DNA of 39,753 nt from Bigelowiella natans CCMP2755 (lineage: Eukaryota > Protista > Cercozoa): NCBI GenBank assembly GCA_000320545.1, contig ADNK01001733.1:1-39753 (forward strand), written 5' to 3'. The notes beneath the pieces are model-generated. The model worked only from the letters and a program-made list of their open reading frames with translations. It did no database searches and was not told where the DNA came from. The translations under genes and the position numbers were made by a program. This document shows, in pieces, positions 1 to 13,588 of this stretch; positions within the stretch are counted from its first letter, which is position 1; the number at the start of each line of letters is the position of its first letter.

Positions 1-59
1 CTCCCCTTAATCCCCCCACCCCTCCCCCCCCCTCTCCCCCCTTCCCTATCCCTTTCTAG

Positions 60-330
60 GGCAGAGCCTTATGCAGCGACACTAGAGAGCACGGGGGGTC
101 TTATGCCTGAATTCGTGAATCCGAAATTCAAGGATGACACCAAAACGTAATACATCACGCTCGTGATGATGGTGCTGTAGCCTCTCCTTTCTCTCTTTGC
201 ACGCTGGAGCATAGGAGGAGTGTGTGGGTGGGAGGGCAGTTGTGATGCGAGCCGTTTTCGCGTGTTGCTTTTCCTTCTCGATGAATGTAATGTGTGCAGA
301 TATGCATATATTGGTTGTTTTTATAAAAAT

Positions 331-397
<67 letters not shown>

Positions 398-1092
398 TAT
401 ATATATATATTAATATACATATATAAATACAATGTATCCTTGCCTTCACTCCGATGTTATTCTATCTCCCAAACCCCCCCCCCCCGCGCGCTTGATTCGT
501 TTCGCGTGTTCTTGCAAGTATGTTCTCGTTCATTTTCTCCCATACAGCACAAACGTATCCCTCACTGCTACTACCTCTCCTCCCTCCCCCCTGCTGCGGT
601 TATCAGTGCCTTCAAAAAGCCAACACGGCTCGAATGCATGATGCAGGTGGTAGCAGCAGGCAGAAAGACGATTGATCTAGCGCAACATCGTAGATACCTG
701 TCGCTCTCCCCTGCCCACCAGCATCTAATTGCATATTATATATGTGCATTAATATATATATATATATATATATATATTACAATAGGATTATCCCAGGCTG
801 CTCTCTCGTGACTCCAGAGTTGGGTTTACGCAGTTGGAACGATGGTGCTGCTTTGCAGCCTGCAAGAACAACGTGAGCATTTATATGTGTATATACGTTA
901 TATACCTTTACATACATTTCCGTGCCATTTTGGTCTGCTATCTGTGAAGTTGAGGATCTATCAATATATGCATATACGTGTTATGTGTGAATATGCATAA
1001 ATACATATTGTATGATAAAGGTATTGACTCCCTCAGAGGTGTCTGTCGCTACGAGCTCCTGATGATGCATCATCCTTCTATTCTCTCTGTCT

Positions 1093-1136
<44 letters not shown>

Positions 1137-1751
1137 GTGTGTGTGTGTGTGTGTGTGTGTGCTCTTTGAGTCATGACGACGTTCGTGCACCTATACAGTG
1201 TTTCACTGCTGCTGCTGCTGCTGCTGCTTTGTTTTGCCTCCTCCTCCTCCTCATCCTCATCCTCCTCCGCCTCTCCTTTCTCAGGCTGCCGATGCAGCAA
1301 GTCAATTCGAAAAAACAGGATTTGCAGAGAGCGCCTCGGTGATGACCACAATGCTCATGTGCACTGGCATTTCCACCACCGACATAGACCCCTCCCCCCT
1401 TTCCTTGATTTGCCCCTCTTCCCCCACCCCCTCTTTCGTTTCCTTTGCATCATGCGCCGCACGGGTGCAAAGCAATTCATTTTGGAGAGGATGAATCGTA
1501 ACGTCGCGGCTCCTGACCTCACCACCCGTCTCGTTGTATGTTCTCTTGACCACCAAAACGTCGTTGTTGTAGACCGCTGAGGCTGCGACCTATAAGATGT
1601 TCGCGGACAAGCTAAGGCAGATTGGAGCTCATATTGCCCCCTCGGAATTGAAGGTGACGGCGTATGTAATGGCTTGCTTCTAGCGAAGGAGGGGGGGGGG
1701 GGTGGGGGGTTGACAGCGGATGGACACAATACCTGTAACATAATAAATACG

Positions 1752-1782
<31 letters not shown>

Positions 1783-2016
1783 GGCTAGGAATAGATTTAA
1801 TTTTTCCACGAAGTATATGCGAAACCTGACAATGTCTATGAGGCTTGTACCGAACTCGCTGTGCTGTCATCGATTGATCATCTTCTGTTCTTAACTACAA
1901 CTACTACTACTACTAGGAATTTGGAGGAGTTCCTACCCAGGTTGGGCCTAAGGTATACTTCTCGCTCGCTGGGGGATGAGATTATTCAATCTCACTGTTA
2001 TATAGACAATATGTAT

Positions 2017-2056
<40 letters not shown>

Positions 2057-3429
2057 ATTATCGAGAGCGTCTCAAATGATTTATGTACATTTGAAGATGT
2101 GGTATTCACAGTTAAGCTTATAGTTTGGACTGTACATCTCAGCGATCACAAACACTGTCCTCTCTCTCTGTTTCTTCTCTCTCTTCTCTCTCTTTCACCC
2201 ACACACACACACACACACACAATACCCACACAAACACTTTTTCCACTCGTATGCTCCTAGATTGTATTAAGTCCTTCATTCGCCATGACGATGGAAGAGC
2301 TCAAAAGAAAGTTTCTATCCCCAGGTAGCAGCAAGTAGCAGCTAGTCTGACCTTGTAGATGGAAAAATAGCTTGCTTCATAGAACCACAAGCGAAAGCAT
2401 CTTTCTGACGTGGAAGAAAGGAAAAATTGTCCTTTCCCAGACTCATGCATACATGCATCATGTGACGCAAGCAGCCTGCTTGATGATGCGTTGTTATCGT
2501 TGTATCGTCGTTGTTATTGATGATGCTTTTCTTGTTGTTGTGATGATGCAAAATGAAAGGGAAGGTGACGATTTCCGCAAAGTCAACTCTTCATCTTGAT
2601 GGAAGAGATATAGAGGTGATATTCGAAGACCACAGCAAATGCATAGATCTTTCGTCGGTGCCGCCCCCCCACTCCCCCCCCCCCCTCCCCCTCCCCCTCC
2701 CCCGCTCCCTTTATAAAAACGAGCGCAACATTACATCATGGTGGATCGGTGCCGTTATAGTTCTGACAATTCTTCACACCGAACCTATCAGGTGAAAAGC
2801 TTGGATTTGGATGGAACCCTGATAGTTAAAGCAGCTCCTGGCGCGCACGTTGTAAGTGCTTGTTAGTCGAGGAATACCCTTAGTTATGTCTACTTCGGCG
2901 GCACATGCATTGATGTTCCAACAGCGTCAGCTACACGCTCCCGCGGCCTAACGTTTTGCTGCTAACTAACAACCAGGTAATTGATGACTTGAAAGTCGAG
3001 AACGAAGGGTGGGTACTCGATCCAATCTCAGGGGAGAACGGCGACTCAATCTCCGAAGCATTGCGGTAACATGAGTAGGAGAGAGCAGAAGTAGCAGCAG
3101 TAGTCGTAGTGAGTGTTGTAATAGGATGCTTTGAGCGCAGCAAGTGTCATGTTACAGCCTATTTTCCTGGGATTTCTCGCGTATTACATAGAGCAAGCAT
3201 CCATAGGGTATATATCGGAACTTTGGGTGGTAGTTGTTGCCACTAATCGTGTCCGCAATTAACCATCAGTTCTCCTAGTAGTTTATAGCGGTCATTAACA
3301 TTGCGTATCAACTCTTACATGTGAGCTCTCGGCATAATGTGTAGGATACGTGGTTACACGCTGAGGAAAAACGGCGACCAAACCACGCACATATTTACAG
3401 AGCCTGGACATTATCGGCTTCGTTCTTAG
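60..3429 (+). CDS. USP: UDP-sugar pyrophosphorylase, 3' part (multi-exon; 5' end lies left of the window)
   Basis: GT-AG exons splice in frame: 60-146 AEPYAATLESTGGLMPEFVNPKFKDDTK; ~607-646 AFKKPTRLECMMQ; ~786-872 DYPRLLSRDSRVGFTQLERWCCFAACKNN; ~1285 AADAASQFEKTGFAESAS; ~1573 TAEAATYKMFADKLRQIG; ~1917 EFGGVPTQVGPK; ~2261 IVLSPSFAMTMEELK; ~2564 VTISAKSTLHLDGRDIE; ~2792 VKSLDLDGTLIVKAAPGAHV; ~2977 VIDDLKVENEGW; ~3345 IRGYTLRKNG...RLRS* (TAG 3427-3429). EFVNPK, KPTRLECMMQD and LDGxL are USP signature motifs. Confidence 0.93.
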
Positions 3430-4972
3430 CCTACTACCGCTTCCCCATTCAGTTGAACGTAACACAACACTAGAAGAGTGCCTATAGTGGCTTTGGTTGT
3501 CCATGGTTGAAACGCAGCTTTACGTTCATACTTCCTTAGAAAGTCTCAAGTAGCCGAGTAGTGCGTTGTATGCGTGTGTGCACGTAATGCGGTGCTGCAG
3601 CAAACTAAAATCGCAGTGCTGCTGCAGCAGCATGTACGCGTGTGCTCTAGCGCTAGTGTCGATCACAAAACCACCCACATTAAAACACCTGCTTGCACCT
3701 ACAACACTCGTTCAACACACCTGGCTATAGCTGTACCAATGCCTTCGTTGTGTGAGACGGATGTAATTAATCGATTGAAGTTGTTCAATGGTCATCCTTA
3801 CACAGCTATCTAGCTATGCTAGTATGTAATGCAGCGGCTACAGCCCTAATCTTGAGTCTGCTGGTTTCGATTCCGCTATCATGATGTGTTCTCTATGCAA
3901 TCAAGTGCATGTTGTTTGAATTGGTTTGGAATGCTAGAATATCGCGCATTTTGCGGAGCAGCTCGTGTTTCATATTGTCACACCGCCTTCGTTTTGTGTG
4001 CTAGCAGTGTGCTGTGTGCTCAATTCCTTTGCAAAATAAGCAAATCTAGCTAGCTAGAAATGTATGTGCATCTTGTTGCACGTGCATCTATGCATGCAGC
4101 AAAGACACGAACTCCACCTAGCCACCTAGCCATGCTCGCTAGCTAGCATGCTAGCATGCACCTAATTTTCGCAACCGTGCTAACATGTCTTCGCCATTTT
4201 CTGTGAAGAGCAGCAGTGCGCGCAATCAGTGCGCGCATAATAATGTGGCGCTTGCATTGCTTTTGGTTCAACACTTGCAGTGTCCTGTGTGCGACATAGC
4301 GCCATAATGCTAACATGTGAGAGCTGATCGTGAAGGACAACCAAAAAATTCCATGGCGTTATTTGTTGGGCGAGCAAAGCTGGAAAGCTTTTGTCGCAAT
4401 GAATTAAAATGAAAAAAATGAAGAGAGACACAAAATAATAGAATCAAAGTGTGCATTCGTGCATGCGCGCCACACGCTATGATAGACATGCAATATGATG
4501 TACATGTTATGTTGTTGTGTCTATTATTGCTAGCACGGATGAACGGAAGCGTGCTGCACTAGTGCAGGATATATGCATATATTGTGCCCATCTAGGCATA
4601 GCTAATGCATGCTAGCTAGCATATTCGTCCGGAGAATTTGTTAGACATGCAAAAATCGATTCGCACGCACATGCGCATATGCTTTGTGTCTACTGTGTGA
4701 CAATCGATACATACTCACACATGCGTTTATTACATTGCGAGGCCACCGTCAAAAAAACTCGATGCGATCTCGCCTTAATAAACTCGGTGATAGATTCCGT
4801 GCAAAACAAATTAAAGTCTTGAGAACATCACCGTAGATGTCAATATACACACGGAAAGACATGAAATAGATTTGTGCGACTGGTGATGCCACAGCCATGT
4901 GATTATCCACCGCTCGGATTTGTTTCTACGTGTTTCTAGCAATCCAAGACTGGGATAATGTTTGTTTTGTGA

Positions 4973-7639
4973 TTATGCCGACGAAGAAGACGAACTATCT
5001 GTATTGCCTTTGTTTTTGCTCATATGCTGTGTGAACCACACCATCGCTCCAGCAGTTGCTGCCCCCTGTTAAAGATACATGCCATGCATGGATGTTGTTG
5101 TGATAGATATGCTGATGGTAGCTGTTCGTTTTAATGTGGTTTCCTTATGCATTTTTTTCACAAAATTCTGAAGTTTCTGCTTTATAGTGATATCAATGTA
5201 CTTTCCTCTAAAGTCAAATCGAATGTTGGAAGGAAAGGAAATGCTTAATTCGATCAAACCGCAAGGTGTGCGACGTGGTTGATGTTGGAGTGATATCCAG
5301 CAGCCATTCCGTGCATATGGCGCTGTCCCATTGTCATGCTGATTTCCTAAGAATTTGGTGCCATATAGATATTGAAGGTTGCCGCCAAAGAAGTCGTTTG
5401 CGAACGAGATTTCAACCATTAAAGCTATACTTACTTAACAAGTCTGGACAATTTATACCAGAATAAATTTAGTTATTACCCTTGTGATTTGGCCCCACAC
5501 GAATGGCCCGATTGCCAGAGCCTCGAGCGGCATTCGCCTTATATAATGGTACGCGAAACGAAAATCATCTTCGAATTGGGAAGTATGCGATCTTATTTGT
5601 TTTTTTGTTTATGTAATAAAGGTGAATTGGGCTTTAGGAGTGCTTGACAAAGAAGATATCAATCGCAAATCCAATTTTGCCCTCAAAGTGTTTTTTCATT
5701 CGCGTCGCGCCATAGAGCCGGACTCAACGCTACCAATTCAGTCGAAGCTTTGAGAGAAGTCCCAGAACAAGCAAGCCAAACACCGCTCCTGAGGCCCCGA
5801 GCGTCACATAGTTACTACCCAACCAAATCTACAAAATGGACGATTAGGGAAAAGGACACGATAGAGGAAGTTCTTTAGACAACAACGCATAGAATGGCTT
5901 ATTTGCTAGCCGTTAGAGAGTGTGGTACCTTCGAGATTACTGAAGATACGAATCCGCATAACAGGTATGCCCATGTAAGTCCTAGAGCCTAAAATGTGTG
6001 TTAAATAAACTCGGATTGATTTATGAGTAAGAAAGATTTCTTCGATATCACCCCTTCTTCTTCTTCCACCATTTTGCCAAAGACGTACAGCATGAATAGG
6101 TTATTCGAAAGATGATCCCAGCCACTAATTGTAGTCAAAAACACACAAATTATTCGGGCATGGCACGCTTGTCATTCAAAGCACCCATCAGTAAATATTC
6201 AGGATCATTAAAAAGATAATACCAATGATAACTTTTTTATATATTTCCTTTGGCAAACAAAACGTATTTGTATCCCCGCTGCCGGCGAAACTGAACCCAT
6301 TGACGCTGTTTTGAGCCAGAAGCTAATACTCTCATCTTCGGGTTACTTACTTATGACAGAACATTGAGGTTCCATATTGCCACCTGCGTATGGCAGTATA
6401 AACAGCGGAGTGTGTAATCATAAAAATGATCATAACTTCCAAAGACCAAACTTCGTTCTTTATATGAAGAACGAGCTTCAGGCTCTTTTTAAGATAGGAA
6501 AAAGGTAGCTATTTGTTTGGAGATATGAGAACAAAGAGGAATCAAGAAACAAAGATATGCAGGAGAACAGTCGAGTAGTAACTAAAATTTAGGATGACTG
6601 TTCTCCAAGAATCACAAGCAAAGAATTATTTATCGTCGGGTTGCTCCCCAAACAAAGCAGCATTTCCAGAATTCTTTCACTCTTCATCATCTACGAATGT
6701 AATACCACTGCGGATATCGATGGTTGAGATAGAGCTGTCGGACAAAGGGGAACTAAATATGCGTCGAGTAAGTAATATATACATAATAATTGCACAGTAA
6801 TAGCAAAGATGTCAGTTTACAATATGAATAGCTTGGAGGGGCTTATATGAATAAATAATAGTCAGAAAAATAACATGCACGTATATATTTGGTCGCTAGG
6901 GCGAACAAGTGGTAAACAGTACAGCATCATATCCAGGTCAAACTGCAGGATTACATGGACTATGTGGTCAAGAATGTATAGCAGCACATTCAAACCAACA
7001 AGCACGTAAATTGCCGTGAATCGTTCTACAGTCCTATGAAGATATCGTAAATGAAGATATCGTAAATAAAGATTCTTTCGAAGATATCGTAAATATAGAT
7101 TCTTTTGCCCTTAAAGATCGTTATTTTGTGCTATACAGAAAGCTATATCATAGCCAACCACCTGCCACTGTTCTCCATGGACACCGCAGATGAAGGGCAG
7201 CATGTTTTTCTCCATTTTTTCAGTGATTTTAAATTGAGGTTGGAAAGACTTTGAAAGAGCCCCCCACTCTTTCTTCTGCTCTGGCGGAAAAATTCATCAC
7301 GATCAACTCTTTCGGATCCCATGCTGGTGACGCTCACGCTCCTACTTCTTTCCAGACTGCCTGCTGATGCATACACCATAGTAATAATCTACCTTCATTC
7401 CCTACGGTGAAGTCATATTGCGATTAAAACCCTCTCTCGTTCCAATTATTCCGAATATACGAATGAGGCCACTGTGCACACATACCCCTCCTCTCCAATG
7501 GTTGAACCATCGATGCAAACTGAGAAGCATAGCCTATCTGTCCCGACGACCCTATCAACAGTGGCTGGCTAGATACTGCTGGCGGTGTTGAATGCAACAG
7601 AGGAGCGGGAGCTATAGCGTGCCCTGGTGGGGAGAACAT
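4973..7639 (-). CDS. Rhomboid intramembrane serine protease, RBL11-like (plastid/cyanobacterial type), multi-exon
   Basis: Spliced minus-strand exons give MFSPPGH...(S/R-rich leader)...TAIYVLVGLNVLLYILDHIVH-FPFVRQLYLNHRYPQW-WQYGTSMFCHN-GWDHLSNNLFMLYVFGKMVEEEEG-ALGLTWAYLLCG...-TLGASGAVFGL-...LEALAIGPFV...-NINHVAHLAG-AATAGAMVW...SSA*. The catalytic GASG serine (~5790) and the TM6 histidine (HVAHLAG, ~5265) are present. The start codon is tentative. Confidence 0.92.
7036..7106. repeat. Three copies of GAAGATATCGTAAAT inside a rhomboid intron
   Basis: atgaagatatcgtaa-atgaagatatcgtaaataaagattctttc-gaagatatcgtaaatatagattcttt. Confidence 0.85.
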
Positions 7640-8132
7640 GGGTAGGGGATGGCTACTCTTCTTGAGGACCGGGTAATAAACGATAGTGCAATCCCGAATA
7701 ATTCTGCTTTGCGACAAATAACATTCTATGTCGCAGCAAATAAACTGATATAACACCCATGTTCAGATATATTCTTTGCGACAAAAGACTTTCCCATGTC
7801 GCAGCCAATAAATAGACACTGCAACAACGCTCTGTGGTTCCTCGGAGGAACATCCTGCGGATTTGATCTACTTTTTTGGAGGAAAAACATGCGGTTTATT
7901 GATAAGATGCTTTGTCGGATGTTGTCGCAGATAAGAAAATAGGGAACGCTTTTCGACAGTTAAGAGACAGAAAGACCCTCTTCCGTAAAAACAGGGGAGG
8001 GGCACGTTGATTCGGAAAGTGAAATCGGACTCGCTACGACGAGACGGTGGAAATTAATAATTTAATGCATGTGTTCGAATGTGTTCGTAGGAATTTTCGC
8101 TCACCGGGAATTGTTTGCATAATCAGGAAATC
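7640..8132. promoter_or_regulatory. Putative bidirectional promoter (rhomboid / PPIP5K) with paired TGCGACA-N12/13-TGTCGCA inverted repeats
   Basis: Divergent genes lie ~490 bp apart. Palindromes at 7710-7735 and 7777-7803 are each followed within a few bases by AATAAA, and there is a half-site TGTCGCA at 7923-7929. Confidence 0.5.
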
Positions 8133-8876
8133 ATGGCTGAAAAGTCTACCGCCTCGAGTGCTTTGCCTCGATTCCATGCCCCCGTATCCAGAATTCCAAG
8201 CGTCGACCCAGCTCCAAAGTAACCTATCCTCCCTAACCATGCGTGCGTGAGGATTTTTTTTTTAAATTGGTACAGCCTATCTGCAGTGATCACGTATGTT
8301 AATCACGAAGACTGCTGTCGCCACCGTAACAGAATGCACACGCCTCAATTCTCGACCAAAAAACGTGTCTCCCAGCGGATGAGAAAGCCCACGACTAAGT
8401 GTGTGTTGGGCGTGTGCGCGGCCAGAAAAAAGACTAGCTCGGATGCCATGGCACAGGTGAGATAAGCGGGGAGTCAGCTGCATGTACTTCAGCGATTATG
8501 ACACGAGTAAACTTAAACAGATTCTTGATCGGCTACGAGCCTACGGGGACTTCCAAATAGAAATTTGGGGGGAAGAGATCGTGCAAGGCAAGTTTATCGT
8601 TGTCCATTCTACCTTGCCGAGCCTCGGGGTAGGATTTTGAATATGCCCTTTTGCAATCGTAGACGAAAGAATCCCCGTCGCGGATTGGCCAATATGTGAT
8701 TGCTTGATCGCATTCACGTCATCTGGTACGACTTGCTCCCATATTTCGGACATTATTTTCGAATTACAGTCCCTAGTCACACACAAGTGTTTCTGGCCAC
8801 GTATAAGGGTTGGGGAAACAGAAAGAGGAGAAGAAAGAGAGCGGAAGGGCGGAACTGGAGACTGGACACGCACGTG

Positions 8877-8924
<48 letters not shown>

Positions 8925-11900
8925 GGTAGCGTTCATTTTCGATAAAACTGAATTCATCGTACCGACTTTGTACTGCAAAGAAGTAGTAAAATGTGATCTT
9001 AATGCGTTTGGGTGACAACACCACCATCGGCAGGTTTCCCACTGGATAGAGTGAAAGAATACGTGAAGTTGCGAAAGCCATACTGCATAAACGACGTATT
9101 GTATATCTATGTTCTGTACGCACAGAATAAATATACCTTCCAACGAACACAAGTGTACATTATAGCATTTGGTAAATAAATCAAGCCTGAATTTCCCTGC
9201 GCGCCTCGTAACACGCAAACCCTCCTCCCCCGGTCTCCCAGGTCTCTACACAGGACATTTTCAACAACCGAATGATGCTTTATGAAGTACGTTTATCCGT
9301 ATCACCGCGAATAAGTTATATAAAGTGATGAGCTCGCAGACCTTCATTATCCTGTCGGCTAGCACACTGTGCACACCACCCATTAGTCTTTCCTTTATCC
9401 TCGATCTTCTTTCACAACATCATCACCAGGTACTGGAGAAGTATGGCATTCCAACTTTCAGGTCATTTTCCCTCTTTTGAACGCCTTCGCTACCCCCCCC
9501 CCCCCCCCCCTCCCTCTCCCGTGCATGAGAGTTATTGCCTCTCGCCGTCGTACTTCTTTCTTCCCCAAAGGCACATCTACGCTGATCGCCGAGACGGACG
9601 GAAAGTAGAGGTAACCTGTACATTCTCAAAAGGGAATGGGGCCGACTTGGGGAGAGGGGGTGGGTTTTCTAAGGGAGGACAACTATTCAGATTGCTTAAA
9701 ATATAATAAGCTTTGTTAGAACTGCAACTGTGTTATGCGACTACGCAGCAGTCCTTTATTGCTCCGCGGCTTTGGTTGGTCTAATAGTCGAGCCATTTGA
9801 CGATATATGTTGATCGTGGTGAGCAGGTGAAAGAGATGGACGACTACATTGAATTGGATGGGAAACGAATGCGAAAACCATTGGTGGAGAAACCGTTTGA
9901 GGTAACAGTTCGTGTAAACATATATATATATTAATATATATATATATATATATATTTTTATATTATATAGGAACATGCAGTGCATATATAAATACACATA
10001 TATCTATTTTGCATAACTGTATAACCACTGATGCCACCTGCTGCCTCCCTTCTCGCTGTCTTCGTGTATTTATTAAACATACTTATTTGGCACATAGTCT
10101 CCTTTGATTGCCGTCCTGTATAGTCTTTTCTCACTTCGACTCTTTCTTCATCACGCAGGGCAATGACCATAACATTTACATCTACTATTCAAAAGCTCAA
10201 GGTTGATTCTTCGCACTATACAACATATAGCATACCTGCTCGATCGAGGAGCATCCCCTCACCCCGCTCTACCTTTCTTCCTTCTAAAACTCATTTTCGC
10301 GCAGGGGGGGGCTGCCGAAAGCTCTTCCGAAAAGTAAATATTATACACCCCATACGACACTGAATTGCTACTACTGAACCCTGATAACAGTATAACTGAG
10401 AGAGCACCGTAGACCTAGCTCCATAAGTAATTTTTTGATTATATTCGAATATAGAGGCGAGCCTTTCATTATAAATATAGCTGTACCATGGCGAGATCGA
10501 TGTCGTCGTCATTCTCAAGCAGTGCTACGGTTTTATTCTCAACCTATCAAGTAATTTTTCCTTCCCCGTGCCTTATAATGCATCAGGTTAAAAACAAGTC
10601 AAGTGAGTTCTTCGCAGGACTGAACTCCATTCGGAAAGAAGGTTTTGCCGTTTCTCATATGCTGCAGGGCGATGCAGATCGTTCTTGCCCCTCTAAAACA
10701 CTTCCTCGTCAAAATTACGTGGTTTTAGGGAACTATTGTTACGAAGAATTCATTACAGGAGTCAAAGATCTGAAGGTACAGAGACCATAAAAAAGGGCGG
10801 GGGGGGAGAGGGAGGAGAGTGTGAGAGGAATGTCGCAGGGTGGTGAGAGGAAGGAGTAGGCTCAAAGAATAGTAATGGCTATATATAATTTCCATGTCAA
10901 TCCCCTCTATTTTCTCCCCCCCCCCCCCCCCCCCCCCCCCTCTTCACAGGTCTATACGATAGGACCCAACTATGCTCATGGCGAGGTTACTACTGAAATA
11001 CACCTCTCCTTTGTAGAAATCATCATGATATATATCGTCGCACCCCACCTGGTGCATAAAGACGGACAAAGAGAGGAGATTTCGATTTTGGGTGTCATGT
11101 GATGCAATGTCGTTTTTCATCATTATAGGTGCGGAAAAGCCCTGCTGTGGATGGTATCGTGGCCAGGAATCCCGGTAGCTTCTCGCTGCCCTGCTGAAAA
11201 CCTTCACCTTTTTTTGTAAACAATGAAACAGAGGGATTAGGAGTGACATATGCAAAGTATCTTCATGGCTGTTTTTTCTCTGTTTTTACCACTTAGATGG
11301 CAAAGAAATGAGGCTTTTGACGCTACTCACTTCCGAAGAGGTTGAACGCACATAATACGACCCACACTGCCAAGTGTCTGTTTATCGTTCTTTCAGCTGG
11401 CTATTGTTTATGGCTCGGTGCTGGTTAAAACCTGTGCGAAAACACGAGATAGTTGGATTTTGATTCAATTAGAGCGTCTCATGCTCATAATACCGATGAA
11501 TAGTGTGTGCTTTTTATGTTGGATTGCCTTTCAGCGCGACATCGCTAGGCGCATCGTTCACGTATTTCAGCAGAATATCTGCGGTTTTGATGTGGTAAGT
11601 GCCCGCAGCTAGCGTATGCAGCAGAAGATACATTCTCCCACAGATTTCCGCATGGCATCCCACATCGGAATGAAGTCGTTTCATCGGAGGCCACTCTTGC
11701 ATTGCAAGCCATCACTAATTTGCCGTGTTTGGTTTTTCAAGATCCGAACGAACGGAAGGGCTTATGTTATCGACGTGAATGGCTGGAGTTTCGTAAAGGT
11801 GAGACTTCTGTTTATCGCAAAGAGATCGAACGGTTCTCGAAAGCAATTATGGTGTTGGTACTCGTTGTTGGAATCTGACGTAAAAGTGGCCATTTAGCAG

Positions 11901-13544
11901 CTGTTATATCGCCACGCATAGTATTATATCGTTTCTCATTATTGCTATTGTTTTTCCCAATTGAAATCTTATGTTTACCGTTTTACGTTGCTTTGTCCTT
12001 TCATAGCTTTCTGAATGTTGAATGTTTTTTCGTATTTTCCGCTGGTGTTTCTCGACTCTCGCTCACTGCGATTTCTTTCAATCAGGGCAACATGCGCTAT
12101 TATGATAAATGTGCTCGGACTATCCGAAAGCTTTGCCTCGGGTATAAACGCATGCTGATGACGACGATTGTCGCATATGCATATAAAAATAACTGGAAGT
12201 ACTTTTCGTCTTTATTGGTGGAGAATCAATGGCGTTCACCCCTAAAGCGCGCGTTTGTATATCATCAACAGGCTTTAATATTTCTTCACTGACTGTCTTT
12301 TTTCAGTATTTTTTCTTATGAGAACTATCCCATTCTTTCTATTGCCCCCCCCCCTCCCCCCCCTTCTCTATTTTTATAATCTACCGCAGCGCAATCTCCC
12401 CAGCCATTGCGACGGGGTCCGTGAAAAGACCTATCGGAAAGGAACGAAAAAGGGTAGGACGAAGCGAGGAATACGAATACACGATTCTTATAATATCTAT
12501 CTTCCAACCGAGACCACACCTTGGTTATCGACACTGTCTGTCATCAAAATTCCATGGATTATCTCCTCCTGCTCTCGGTCTGCATTCACACACCCCTCGC
12601 TCCTACCGCCAGGTTCTCATTGATGGCGACAACAAGCACATCCTCCTCAGCCTCGTAACGGGTAAATGTAGCGCCTCCCAACCGAACGTAGATTTGCGGA
12701 AATGTAGGCAAATGTACACAGAATGCTTCAGATACAGATAGCGCACATTTCTAGTGGAAGATGCCTCACATTTGTCTGGGAAATTGTCCATCCTCGTAAG
12801 CATCGACTGATTCGTTCCTCGCAGCGATCTAAAAATCACCAGGGTTTGGCTTGTTTGTGTCTTTTTAGTCTTTCGCCATGGGGACAGAACGCCGAAGCGC
12901 AAATTGAAACTGAAGGCAATACACGACGATGGGAATCCTCTTTTCGAATTATTATCTCCACTCCTCTCAACTTTAGCTACACAACATCAAGTCAATTTTT
13001 CCTCATCTGAGAAGTGCATTCTAGTTGCAAGTTGCAATGAACAATAGCGGCTGTTAAATCGAACAGACGATTGTTTTCTGAAGGATACTGATGCGTGTCG
13101 CTCTAATTTCCCAGATGAAACACCCCGAAATGCTTTGGATGTTCAAGCATACCAAGCAAGAGGTTTGGTCACGTAATAACGTGTTTCTCATGATTAAATC
13201 CACATTCCATTGTCTTTCTCATATGTTTCCTTTTTGTTCTTTTTTTGAATAGCCTATCTTGTTATTTCTTTATATTTGGCTTTTTTGAATTGCCTTACTG
13301 ACCCATTTCGGATTCGACTTGGAATGCGCGTTGGTTTACGTTGTTTTGCAGATTAAGCTGAAGAAGAGAAAGCAGATATTGCCTTTCCTCAAAGCTCTTG
13401 ACCAGCTGGTGAGAGAGATTGATCCGCAACCTGGAGCGAGAGGATATCATTTTAGGATTCATGCAATTATCAAATTTTCAAACCATAGAACGATATTTTC
13501 ATTTTTTTTACAATTAAAAATGTTGCATATATACTACATGTGAT

Positions 13545-13588
<44 letters not shown>

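Noticed and set aside
600-3250. Possible minus-strand multi-exon gene
   Set aside because: All coding signal is explained by plus-strand USP exons with conserved motifs.
3825-3880. tRNA/SINE-like B-box (ggtttcgattcc)
   Set aside because: The B-box is imperfect and no cloverleaf stems or A-box could be formed.
6590-6975. Ankyrin-like (LLCLGSNPTINN, minus) and JmjC-like (VKLQDYMDYV, plus) peptide fragments
   Set aside because: Short chance matches lying in an intron of, or antisense to, the well-supported rhomboid gene.
8541-9218. 225-aa minus-strand ORF
   Set aside because: It is antisense to PPIP5K exons, runs through an (AG)n tract, and has no recognisable motifs.
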